Positions 50,426-61,825 of a stretch of DNA of 64,000 nt are shown here, in pieces. This stretch comes from Vitrella brassicaformis CCMP3155 (lineage: Eukaryota > Protista > Chromerida): the NCBI GenBank assembly GCA_001179505.1, contig CDMY01000309.1:1-64000 (forward strand). The letters are read 5' to 3'. The position numbers and the translations under genes were made by a program. The stretch's first letter is position 1. Each line of letters opens with the position of its first letter. Under the pieces are notes generated by a model, which ran no database searches, was not told the DNA's origin, and was given only the letters and a program-made list of their open reading frames with translations.

Positions 50426-53088
50426 ATGAGCGATTCGGAGGCGGTGGCGAAGCGGCAGAGGCGGGTCGGTGGAGAGGAGGAGACCAGTAGTGAGGAGGCC
50501 ATGCCGGACGGCCCGCACCAGCAGCAGCCGGCCACGGCATCGCACGTGCCGCATAGCATAGATTTGGAGGCCTTCGCACAGCGCTTCAGCCACATCGTAA
50601 GCTGAGATGCACCAAACGAACCACTGACAAACACACACATCCTCATTGTCTGCTCTCTGTGTGGTGTGTGTTGTCCACTCAGCCTGTTGTCGTCGCCTAC
50701 GTCTTTTCGTTCGTGTCGCTTCATTTGGTGGCGGCGCTGCCCCAGCGGCTGTGGCGCCACGTCGGCTGCCAGATCACCTTGCTGGTCATGGACACCCACG
50801 ACACGGCCGAGCGGCGCTTCTGGTGCGGCCTCTCATTCAGTGACGCCTTCGAGTGGGGCCGACGGCTCACACGGCTCATGTCAATCGTCGCGCGATACCC
50901 AAGCTTCTTCGCCATCCCAAGAGACGGCCCTGCTATGCGCCGCAAGAGCCCTGAATGTTTGATGCACATACTGAGTTCCGTCGTGCCGATGGTGGTAGAG
51001 GGGCATTGCGAGGGCCAGAGGGCCGCGGCAGCGGCAGCGGGGCAGCCGGCCGGCGGCACACTCGAGTCCATCGAGTACAGCGAATTCAACACGGCGATAG
51101 CCATCGATGACGACGAGAGTCGGGAGCTCCAGCGCATCCGACGACGGCAGAAGAAAGGATCCCTCCCCCCTCCCCTCGACCCGCCCCCCACCCTCACATC
51201 CCTCACATCCATCACGGGCATCCCCGGGGATGAGGAATCGATTCATGGACCTAGGCAGCCAGCATTCCCCGGCCGCCGGCGGAAGTGGCGTCTCCCATCA
51301 CTGGAGAGGGTCCAGGCAGAGTGGACGGCGACGGCGCTAGGGGGGGAGCTGGGGGACATGGTGGGGGCGTCCCGACGCCTCAAGGAGCTGCAGGTGCATT
51401 CCAATCCCGACAGCATGGCCAACACGCTGAGGCGCCTCCCGGTGGCAGAGGCGGGCCAGCCTGGACCGCTGTCACAGCTGGAGGATGTCGGCACGCTCAC
51501 CTTTGTGGNNNNNNNNNNNNNNNNNNNNNNNNNNNNNNNNNNNNNNNNNNNNNNNNNNNNNNNNNNNNNNNNNNNNNNNNNNNNNNNNNNNNNNNNNNNN
51601 NNNNNNNNNNNNNNNNNNNNNNNNNNNNNNNNNNNNNNNNNNNNNNNNNNNNNNNNNNNNNNNNNNNNNNNNNNNNNNNNNNNNNNNNNNNNNNNNNNNN
51701 NNNNNNNNNNNNNNNNNNNNNNNNNNNNNNNNNNNNNNNNNNNNNNNNNNNNNNNNNNNNNNNNNNNNNNNNNNNNNNNNNNNNNNNNNNNNNNNNNNNN
51801 NNNNNNNNCCTGTCACAGCTGGAGGATGTCGGCACGCTCACCTTTGTGGCGATGGATGATTTCATTAGCTTCGATGAGTGGCGTGAGGGACTAGGCCGCC
51901 TCCAGGTGTGTATCTGACGAGCCACACGCAAACAGAGAGAGAGAGAGAATCTTCGCACTGCTCATGACTCACTTGTGGCTGTGTCTTTCTGCAGACCGCC
52001 CTTGTCGACCGTGGCTGCCGGTCCATCAAGCGGTTCAAGGCCAAATTCGAGATGGAGCCCATCGACAGGCGCATCTTCCCCACCCTGTCGGCGATCGAGA
52101 CCTTCACACGCACCGTGTGTGTAAAGCCCGACATCCCCGTCGACATCGGCATCACCCTCTCCGAGGAGCACTTGCACGAGACCGAGTACTTCGACCTCAG
52201 CCTCCTGTGCGACGTGCCTACGCGCCCGGAGCCCTCCCCCTTCATCCAGAGGCACATCCAGCAGATGGCGGCCGCATCGCTCGGTGCCTTCTTCACCATC
52301 CGCCCCCACCATCTCACCACCCCTCTCGACACGCCCAGCCCCGCCGCCATCGCACTCGCAGAGTCGCTGACCTTCACCAAGGTGCTCGATGTGGTGATCA
52401 CCGAGGACGACCATGTGGTGTATCCCGAGGAGGAAGTGCAGCCCGACCCGGTTGTGCTCGACCATCTGCCCCACAACGCATTCCCCGCCGCACGTCGCCT
52501 TATCGTCAACAGCAGGGAGGGCAAGGTGATGGGGCGCAAGATAGTGCACAAGATGCCCGCGGTCACAGAGATTGAGCTCAGGGCCGACCCGACTTCGGAG
52601 CAGGCCGTGGGCATGCGCAGGCGCTGGGTCGGGGCAGACACTTGGAGCGCTTCGAAGTTGTCTTTCTGTCGGGTGCGGGTGAGGGGGGGCTGACGTGGGG
52701 CGACATGGCGGACCAGCTGCCGGCCATCTCAAAAATGGATGTTAGTGTAGACGGTGAGCTGCAAACAATCGCCTCCTCACAGACAACCAATCGGCAGCTC
52801 TCGCACGCTAGCCCATTGGATGTTCTGTCTGTCTGTCTGTGTGCAGTGCCTGAGGATTTGGGCGATGGCGATGCCGCCGGCGAGTTCGGCATTGCCTGCG
52901 TCAAGTCGCTGCTCAAGATCCGAGGCATCAAGGAGCTTTGGTTCCAGCCGACCCCCAATGAGGCCTTCAAGCGGCTGGTGAATGAGCGGACCAATGGCGA
53001 CGCCATCGAGGGGCTGGAGGGGCGGTATGCCATTAGCTGGGGTGGATATCAGAAGAACATGCTCATCCTGAAACCCCTGGACACCTGA
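50426..53088 (+). pseudogene. F-box/LRR-like family, copy 5, with a 1-nt frameshift (or sequencing error) and a spurious gap
   Basis: ATGC-GCAG at about 52615 versus ATGCTGCAG in copy 1. The same 40-nt sequence flanks both sides of gap 51509-51808. Confidence 0.6.
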
Positions 53089-53557
53089 CAGACGACCACA
53101 GGTACTCAGTGTGTGGCTATCTTGAATGGACGGGCTCATGCAGTGCTGACGATGTGTGTCTGCCAGGTCGCCCACCCCCTATACCCATCGGCCAATCACT
53201 AGTTGATTGATGTGTAGCATAGCTTAGCTGCAGAGAGAGGGAGGGAGGGAGGGAGGGAGGGGTGCCATGACGGAGGGACCAGACTACTAGAGCGTGGCTA
53301 GTGCCTGCCTGCCTGCCTGCCTGCTGGACTTGTACATAGACTCGAGAGTTGATGGTTGAAAACAGTGTGGAGTGTCAGTTTCAATGGCCGCATTCGCTCT
53401 GCATCATTGCGTTGATCGGAGCCATGTCCCCTGCATCCATCCATCCATCCATCTGCTCATGCTGCTCATCAAGTAGACGCACAGCAGAAGCCCTATCCAC
53501 AACCTCACACAGATCTGACGGCCTCTGTCGCCTTGTCGTCACAAAACGCAGGAGCGC

Positions 53558-54509
53558 TCAATCTGACTGCCTGCCTGGCCCATCCTTCCGCTCGACAATG
53601 ATGAATCCCCTGCTCCTGGCGCTATCGCCATCGATGGTGTCCATGGCAGCATACAGCTGACTTGCCGTCGCCCACACGAGAGGCGTCTCCGGCCACACAT
53701 CGAGCAAAAGGAAACGATCGCAGCTCGGCGCATACGCACCCACCACCGAGAAATGGCCACCCACCTGCACGCAAGCACACAGACAGACAGACAGACATAC
53801 ACGCATTCCTGCGCCCGTGGTGCAGTCGCACTGACCCCTTCTTGCCCCAGGCAGGTCATATCATAGTTGACGATGACCGGCACCCCCCGCCGCAGCGACG
53901 CGCAGCACGCATCCCGGAAGGCCTCCACTGAGCTGTCAGAGGCCAAGTGTGTCGACGGGCGGAGGCCGGCAGCGTCTACGAGAGGCACCAGCTGCTGGAG
54001 GGTCATGCCCTTTGTGGCCAGGTCGGAGGGCAGGAGGGGCGCCAGGCGCTCGACAAGGGACGACTCGGATATGAGAGCGTCGCCATGGGCCACACCTGCC
54101 TGCAGCAGGCACACACACCCGCACACACAGACACGCAAATCATGGCTTTCTTCCTTGCAGCAGCCCGAGGCCTGCCCGCGGATACCGTGAGCGCGAGAGA
54201 GGCAATGGCACACTGCATACACACAAGCATCACACACAGCCGGAGACCATTCTGTCTGTCTGTCTGACTGTCTGACTGTCCCTTTGCCCTCACCGTCGTG
54301 TTTGTCTCTTGCTTCTTGAACCATCGCCCAATCCCAGGCACCGCCAGCACACCACCATCGCCGTGGAGCGTCATGTTGGCGTCATCCTTGCCCAGCAGCA
54401 GCAGATCTGTGCCATGTGGCTGTCTGCAGAACACCTTGCCGTCGTATGCTGGCCTCGGCTGGATCTCATCTAGGTCAAACAGGAGCTCTGTTGCCAGACA
54501 CCGAGGCAT
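53558..54509 (-). CDS. Phytochelatin-synthase-like / peptidase C83 single-domain protein, complete
   Basis: Exons 54509-54294, 54212-54186, 54099-53837 and 53765-53558 give WFKKQETNTT|CAIASL (Gln at -6 from Cys, as in PCS QSEPAYC), GGHFS (His) and LLDVW (Asp). Confidence 0.8.
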
Positions 54510-55461
54510 CTCTTGACGAGGCCGTCAGCAGATCAGATCAGATCACCCAGCGAAAGACGGCGGTGCAGCGAGCTTGATCGAATTCATTGCACGTGTCGGG
54601 TGAGGAATCCCGTCCGCATCAGCGCTCAGATCCTACGGCTTTGAGCAATAGCACCACCCACGCACACGAGTCAAGCACGAGCGGACAAATCCCACCGACA
54701 TGACATGCACACACTCCCATGAAGTCAGTCATCGAGAGAGACCAACGAAGGAAGGAACAGACAAAAAGAGCACACAGGCAGGCGGGCAGGGCATCAAAAA
54801 GCCCTGACTGACCCCATAGCAGGCAGTGCCCGCCTCACGAACAGAACACAGAAAGGAACCAAGGAAGCAAGGGAGGATGAATTCTCACACACACGCACAC
54901 ACACACACACACTCATCCATCCACTCACTCATTCACTCATAGAGATGCATATTCTACACCGGCCCTCTTCTCACTGAGAATGAATGCCGAGAAAGCAAGG
55001 CAACGCAACAACGACGGGAGGGACAGACAGGATATACACACACACACACACACACATGCACATACACCCCCCGACAACAGCGACCAGCAGCCAACAGACC
55101 AAAAAGGTGGCTCCGATGGCTCCTGTCCACAGACAGACAGACAGACAGACAGGCAGGCAGACCATTCATGTCATTGTCAATTACACTACCACCACAGTCA
55201 ACGGGAAGCAGGCAGGCACAGACACGCGCCGACAGACAGACAGAGTAAGAGACAGCATGATCAAGCAACAATCTGGTCGCTTGCTGTCGTCTCCACTGTT
55301 ACACACACCCCGCCCTGCTGAGCTGTACACACACGCTGTTGGGCAGCCCACACGCAGCCAAGCTATACACGGGGGGCATGGCATGGCAGCCCACTGCTCT
55401 GCTCCCCTCCCTCCCCCCTCCACCAATCGTCACTCGTCACGAAAAAGAGAGACAGACAGAT

Positions 55462-56919
55462 TCACGCACCGCCCTCCCCTTGCTGTAATTCGGTTTTCCG
55501 CCTGGCCCAGAACCGCAAGAAGGTCCGGCCCATGTCGATGTGGGCCGCTGCGTGCTCACGCACATAGGTCTCAGCCCACCCGTACAGCCGCACCACACAC
55601 GGGGGCAGTTGGGGGCCGCTCAGGTGCGGCATGGCACGCTGCAGCCGATCTGCCACATTCGGCGACTCGATGCACGGCACCTGGGATGGTAGGTGGGCAC
55701 AAACAACGTGTGTGTGTGTGCGTCTGTCCATGTGTGTGTTTCCCTGGGTGAGTGCAGTGCCTACTGCGGGGTCGCCGAATGAGAGAGGTGAGGAGGGCCA
55801 TCGTTCGGGTGAGAGCACGTTGATGAGCTCCACGTACGTCCGTGTGGGTGTGGCGTACAGGCGGATCAGCCAAAAGTCGCCCCGCGTGCCGAATGCCCAC
55901 GCATAGTTGCGGCCCTGCATCAGCCAACCAATATCACGAGCCCACACGTACACCAATGGCTCTTCTGTTGTGTGTGTGGTGTGTGTGTGTGTACCTCTAG
56001 CTCGACGAGTGGCCGTCCGAAGTGCGACAGCAGGTGGCACCTCATGGCCATGCCTAAATCGGCATGGCCCGCATCGCGACGGTATATCTGTAAACAGACA
56101 GACAGACAGACACAGCACAGGTACACGTCAGTCGTGGCCCTGTTTGTTGCCTACATCGATGGCGCCGCATCGCGAGTGCTGACAATGCCGCCTATCCCGA
56201 CCGATGCAGAAGAAACCGATGTAAAACCTGCAGACAGACAGACAGACAGACGACAGACAGACAGAGACAGACATGCATACCACACCAAGCGCTATCAAGT
56301 CCTTCCCTCCCCCTCACTGACCAGAGGTTGCGATCTCTGTTGCTGTTTGTGTTGAGTGCATTGATCTTGCGCCTGAGCAGCTCCTGCTGCGCCCTCTCCA
56401 GGCCGGCGTGGTCCCCCCTCGCCTCAGCAAAGAGACCCCTGATCTCAGGCCGCGACACATCCTCATCACCAAACACCAACGGCAGCTCCACCTCCCCTGC
56501 ACCACACACACACACACCATCCATGACGAGAGAGAGATGCGATGCGCGTCTTGTCTGTCTGACTCTGCCTTGTCTGGGTGTTGGCTTCACACCTGCGATT
56601 GCACACCTGTTCCGTGCAGCACCCTGAGCAGTTCGCCCCAGCCTGACCACTCGCCGCCATCCCTCAGCAGCCGATACAGCACAAACAGCTTGTTGTCGCG
56701 GCCATTCACATCGAAGCTCAGCTGCCTATCGGGGTCGGAATCGGTCGCCGACAGCCTGCGGTCTATCTCGGCGTCGGTGACCACCTCCTTCAGCAGCGCA
56801 CGGCACACGCTCCGTGCGTGTGCGAGGGCCCTCACGTTGAGGTTTGGCAGCACGAGGACCTGGAACTCCGGCGGATGAATGCACGACAAGGTGCCCACGG
56901 GCTCCGACAACGGCATCAA
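55462..56919 (-). CDS. F-box-like protein, multi-exon, 3' end uncertain
   Basis: N-terminal HPPEFQVLVLPNLNVRALAHARSVCRAL resembles the F-box consensus. Downstream exons are linked by GT-AG introns. Confidence 0.55.
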
Positions 56920-57069
56920 GCCGAAATGAACACGCCTCAGAAGCCAGAGCAGAAAAGCGCTCGGCGCAAGCTGAGAAGGTTTTCAGGGTTTCGAACCCTT
57001 CAATTCGGAAGCTCCAGGGATTCGCTTGTTGAGGGCCTGCGGGCCGGTCCACGTAGGTAGTACGGCAGG

Positions 57070-58942
57070 ATGTCGATGTCGATTGATCAGAAGCTGTCGA
57101 TGTCCCTCGATGACGTCATCAACGCCGCGTCAACCGCCAATGAGCCCACACCAGAACGCTCCGGCCGCGCCAAGGCCAAGGCCAAGGGCAAGGGAGGCGG
57201 CGGGCGGCAGGAGAGACGTCAGAGTGCCCCTGCGAGCGGCCAGATGGAGATACAGGGAAACGTCCAGCAGCAGCAGCCAAAGAAGAAGATCACCACCAAG
57301 AAAAACCAGCAGCAGCATCAGCAGACGGGAGGACCGAACACCCAACAGGGAGGTAGGCAACGTAGCACCAACACACACGAAGGAGGAGGGGAGGGGAGGG
57401 GAGGCAGAGCAACGACAGGCGCACACCCCCTGTTGGTCTCTTCAGGCGGTGTGGAGCTCCAGCCGGCTGGCCGCTCTCCTCGTGCTCGTAGCGGCGGCAA
57501 TGGGCGCGGCAACCGTCGTGGCGGCGGAGGGTCCAAGAGCCCTCATGGCCCAGGCGGCCGACCTGGTGTAGCACTCAAGCCGTCCAAGCAACAGCAACAG
57601 TCACAGCAGCAGGGCGGCGGGCGAGGGGGAGGGGGTGGTGGGCAGCCTGGCGGTGGCGGTGGTGGCGGTCCTGTCATGGCCGTCATTCCGTCGCCGCCTA
57701 TTCGACCTGCTCGGCCGGCCAATGAGGGCTTCGGTGGGAGGCGGGTGAATCGCATGGGCACCATCCAGAAGGTAAGTAAGCAAGAAGCAACAAGCAGCAA
57801 GGGAGTCGATGCATTCATGTCAGCGATGGTGTTGTGGTGTGTCTGATCTGATGTGTACATCAATCAGGGTGATGCTCACCACGTTCAGCTCGTTCCCAAC
57901 CCCGCCAGTCGCGCGGTCGTGTTCATTCCTAACATGGCACGACCTCCTCCTCCTCACATGGCCCCTCCAGGGCCGGTCCTCCGGCCCAACCCGGCTGCCG
58001 TCTTCCGGCCGCAACAGCCACCCGTCATCGCCCCACCACACCGACACCCACACCCACACCCAGAGCCTGCATTCTTCCCTCCCGACATTCAGCCCGCACC
58101 CATCGGCCCTCCCGTCCTCAACCCCAGGGACGACAGCGGCAGGGGACCACCCGGTCGGCAGGTGGTCCGCCTGCGACCCAAGGGTGGGCGTGGCAGTGGT
58201 GGTGGTGGTGGCCGCGGCAGAGGGGGAGGGGTAGGGGGAGAGATGGGTCCGAACGGGCCGGTGTACCACGAGGATCGCAGCATGATGCCGCCGCAGGGGC
58301 CGGCTGGTAGTGGGTTTGAGTCGTCGCAGCCGTCACGTGCTCGGTACGACGAGGACCTGGTGGGCGGCATCGACTCACGTGCGGGGGGGACGCCTCGTGG
58401 GCCCGGGGGAGGGGCAGGGGGTGGGGAAGGGGGCGAGCGTGCGCGTGTGAGCCCGTCACGTGCGTCGGGCGACCTCGACCGTCGGCCGATCGAGAAGCCC
58501 TCCAATGCACCCCGACACTATACCGAGGACGAATGGGAGATGATGTGAGCAGCCGCCACAGCACCATAACACACACCACACTCCTGACACTCACCCCCTA
58601 TCTCCCATCTCTCTCTCTGTGTGTGTGTGTGTATGTATGTGTGTCAGGACCAAGATCAAGATAATGGCGCAGCTGGATCACATTCCCAACCCGATGAAGG
58701 AGCAGCAGCTGCAGGTGATCGACCTGCCGGCGGTCTACTTGCGGCAGCAGGAGAAGGAGGACGAGCTGCTGGCGCAGCGGATGCGCCACCACTCCCAGCA
58801 CCAGCACCAGCAGCACCAGGGCCAGGAGGGGGACATGGACATGGACATGCAGGTGGACGGCGAAGGCGTTGGGGGTCAGCGGATGGACCGGTGGCAGCCC
58901 GACCAGGGCAACTACTATGACGAATACGACAGACGCCGATAG
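57070..58942 (+). CDS. Gly/Arg/Pro-rich protein with an N-terminal UAP56-binding motif (ALY/REF/UIF-like)
   Basis: Starts MSMSIDQKLSMSLDDVI (compare ALY/Yra1 MDMSLDDII) and has several RGG/GGR tracts. No RRM was seen. Confidence 0.65.
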
Positions 58943-59413
58943 ATAGATAGTTCGACACACTCAGACACACACACACACATACACATATGCGTGAGTAGGT
59001 AGCCGGGTGGAGAGGGAGAAGGGGAGAGGGCAGGTTGGAAGGTTGCGCGGGCCTTTCGCATTACGGTGGCTGCTTCGATGGTGCCTGCCTGCCTGCTTGT
59101 CTGGTTGTTTGTCTCACTGGCTGAGTAGCAGTGCGTCTGTATCTACTTACTTTACCTGACCCAGTCCGCCGATCGCCGATCCCAGCAGGCTCCGCCGCCT
59201 TGGCTGGCCTCTGATTTTCTGTGGGCCCTCACCGCTGCCTGTGGCTCACGAGAGGCCCACATGGTTAAACGTGGTAGGCTCAGTGGTGCGTGTGTGGCTG
59301 ACCGGACCCTGGCTGCATCCATGTGTGTGGAAGGTTGTGTGGCTGTGTGTGCCTCTGAGAGGTCTTCATTTGTTGCCTGTGGTTGCGTGAGACGGGTGAG
59401 ATGGATGCTGGTG

Positions 59414-59474
59414 AACTTATGTGTGTGACGCGTGTGATGCGTAAGTAGGTGGCTAAGTTAAAACGGACACGTCA
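59414..59474. repeat. 61-bp dispersed direct repeat, copy A
   Basis: AACTTATGTGTGTGACGCGTGTGATGCGTAAGTAGGTGGCTAAGTTAAAACGGACACGTCA is identical to 63652-63712. Confidence 0.9.
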
Positions 59475-59688
59475 TCTCTCCCATCCGATTCAACCAATGT
59501 GTTGAGCAGTCTTGAAAGTGTCAACTCACAAATCATGGGCACTTGCACGGCACACACGATACCACCGACAGCCGAATCACAGCTAACGACCGACACAGTC
59601 ACCTACCCACCCACCCACCCACCCACCACACAGACAGACCCACTGCACTTGCCGATTCAATCCACCCATCCATTCAGCTCCACACACC

Positions 59689-61086
59689 TCACCACATCCC
59701 ACGCCACCACGAGCGGTCGACCTGCAAGCGGCTCCACGGCAGCTGCACCGGCACTGTCTCGCCCCACCGTGCCGCCTCCTCTCTGACCGCCATCTCCACC
59801 ACCTCCTTCAGCCTCATCCGCGCACCAAAGCCGCTCTTCACCCGCGGCGCCTCCTCCCTCATAGCGCCCCACATCCCCAGCGATGTGAGCGTGAAACGAG
59901 TCGACAAGACATTGACGCGCGCGCCGGGCTCCGCTCTCAGCGTCATGGCGATGGCTTCCTCGACGAACAGCTTCATGACGCGTTCGATACGCTGTCGGAG
60001 AGTGGCGGGCAGGCGGAGTGGGATGGGGCTGCACGCGTAGCGGGCGATCTCGGCGATGAGGCCGGGCACTTGAAGCATTTGGAAAAATCCGCCCCTGCTC
60101 ACCGCCCGCAGGGACCGAAGCGGCCGCATGGAGCGGTTGATGCAGCGCATGATGAGGTCGGGGAGGTCCTGGCGGATGTAGTCCAGGTGGGCTTCCACGG
60201 CACGCTGCATCCAGCCATCCCGCCCCATCCAGCTGCCGTAGGGCACCCGCGCCATTCGCAGGTCCACCCCGTTCTTGAGCAGCCCGCGGAGCAGCCCATC
60301 GGCGTTGGCTAGGCTGGCGAGCTGCAGGGGCGTGGCTCCCGTCGTGTCGGTTGTGTTGAGGGTAGAGGTGGAGCCCCTCCTCACCAGCAGGTCGATGAGC
60401 ACCTCCTGGGTCGCGTTGGTCCTCAGCGGGTAAAGGCAGAATTCGTGGATGGGCAGCCGACGATTGGCGTCACGCTGGCGGAGCTGGTCGGGCCCCAGCT
60501 CGACCAGGCGGCTCACCATTGACAGCTTGACGATGGAATGCATGCCGGGGTTGTGCCGCTCTACATCGAAGAGCAGCTTCAGCTGTGCCAGCTCCGACGA
60601 AGGGTCGTCGACGCTGCTGTCCATGATGTAGTTGAGCATGATGTGGGCAATGTCGTATTTGCCGCAGATGATGGCATCCCTCAAGGGGCAGGGGTCGCCC
60701 CTGAGCGCCTCTTCAGACCCCATTCTCGCTAGGAGTGCGTGGACGATAGCCGGGGCGTCCGCCAGCGAGGACCGCGTGACCACGTTGATCAGCCTCATGC
60801 GGCGACCGAGAAAGAACAAGGGCTCCGAAGGGTCGGCATCGTTGAGTATGACATAACGCGCCGCCTTTGGGCCCGTGAGCGTCCCGTCCAGCACCTCTGC
60901 CCAGAGCTTCAGCGTGTTCAGGTTTGCATCCCGCGAAAAGCGGACTCGGCCGCGCTACGGTGGCTGCCCGCTGAGCCGCACCCTCCAGACCTGCCGCTGA
61001 AGGCGCCGGCGCAAAGCATCCTCGTCCTCCTCTCCACAACTGCACGCTGCGCATGCGTCCCGACACTGCGGGAAGGTATCACCCAT
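59689..61086 (-). CDS. Ankyrin-repeat protein
   Basis: PLRDAIICGKYDIAHIML, DANRRLPIH and DTTGATPLQLASLANADGLLRGLLKNGVD. The ATG at 61086 is in frame if a 36-nt intron (60990-60955) is removed. Confidence 0.75.
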
Positions 61087-61825
61087 CTTGACACAGATTC
61101 AGACCAGCCAGCCACCGAGGGAAACGAAGCAATCGCGCGGGCCTGCAGGTGAGCTATTCTTGCGGCACCTGACTCGATCGCTCAGTCGTGTTTGTTTTAC
61201 GCATCATGCTCTAGTCTATTTCTCAATCCCCCCCAGTTCATATTCAAGCTGAGCCGACTCTCGAGAGGCCCATTCCTCCCCCACCGCTGGTTGCCTACCT
61301 TTCAGAACCCGGCATAAACGACAGGCCGGTTGGTTGGTTTGTGCCGCTGTGGGAGCCGTCGCGTTTGTGCCCCGCCCCTTGGGCCCCTCCTGCCCACTCG
61401 TCCATCTCCCCCTTTGGAACGCCCATCTCCACTCCGCCCGCCACCCCTCCTTGCACCCCTCCCTCTCTGTCGCGCAACAGCTCCCGTCGCCGCGTGAAGC
61501 CGGAGCGTACCTTCTGGCAGCGCATCTGCTGCGGCTGACTGAGGTCAGCCGGAGGGCTTCTGTCGGTGCGGGGGAGCTGCAGCCACCTGAACCGCACCCT
61601 GTTCCATCTCTGGCAGTCGGGGAGCTGAGTTCGGTGTCTCTGTGTGGTCCCCCACAGCTTTCCGCATCTTCCCCTCCCACAGCACGTCCCCTGTCGCCTC
61701 TTTCCCCACCCCGAGGGCCATCATCAAGGCACCCGCAGCCCATCTCTGAGATTATCTCACCGCTGGATGCAGTCCCGCCGTCCCGCCCATCCCTACTCTG
61801 CCATTAGACGCCAGCCCCTGCCAGT

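Larger units (their letters stand above)
47415..54238. repeat. Right arm of the inverted segmental duplication
   Basis: Reverse-complement counterpart of 1213-9530. The outer breakpoint at 54238 lies in intron 1 of the PCS-like gene. Confidence 0.9.

Noticed and set aside
51469-51848. Direct repeat flanking the gap in copy 5
   Set aside because: The same ~40 nt ends one contig and starts the next, so this is an unmerged overlap rather than biology.
1213-54238. The whole block as a giant TIR transposon, Polinton or endogenous virus
   Set aside because: No transposase, integrase, polB, capsid or packaging ATPase was seen. The arms are diverged, gene-containing duplications without sharp matching termini.
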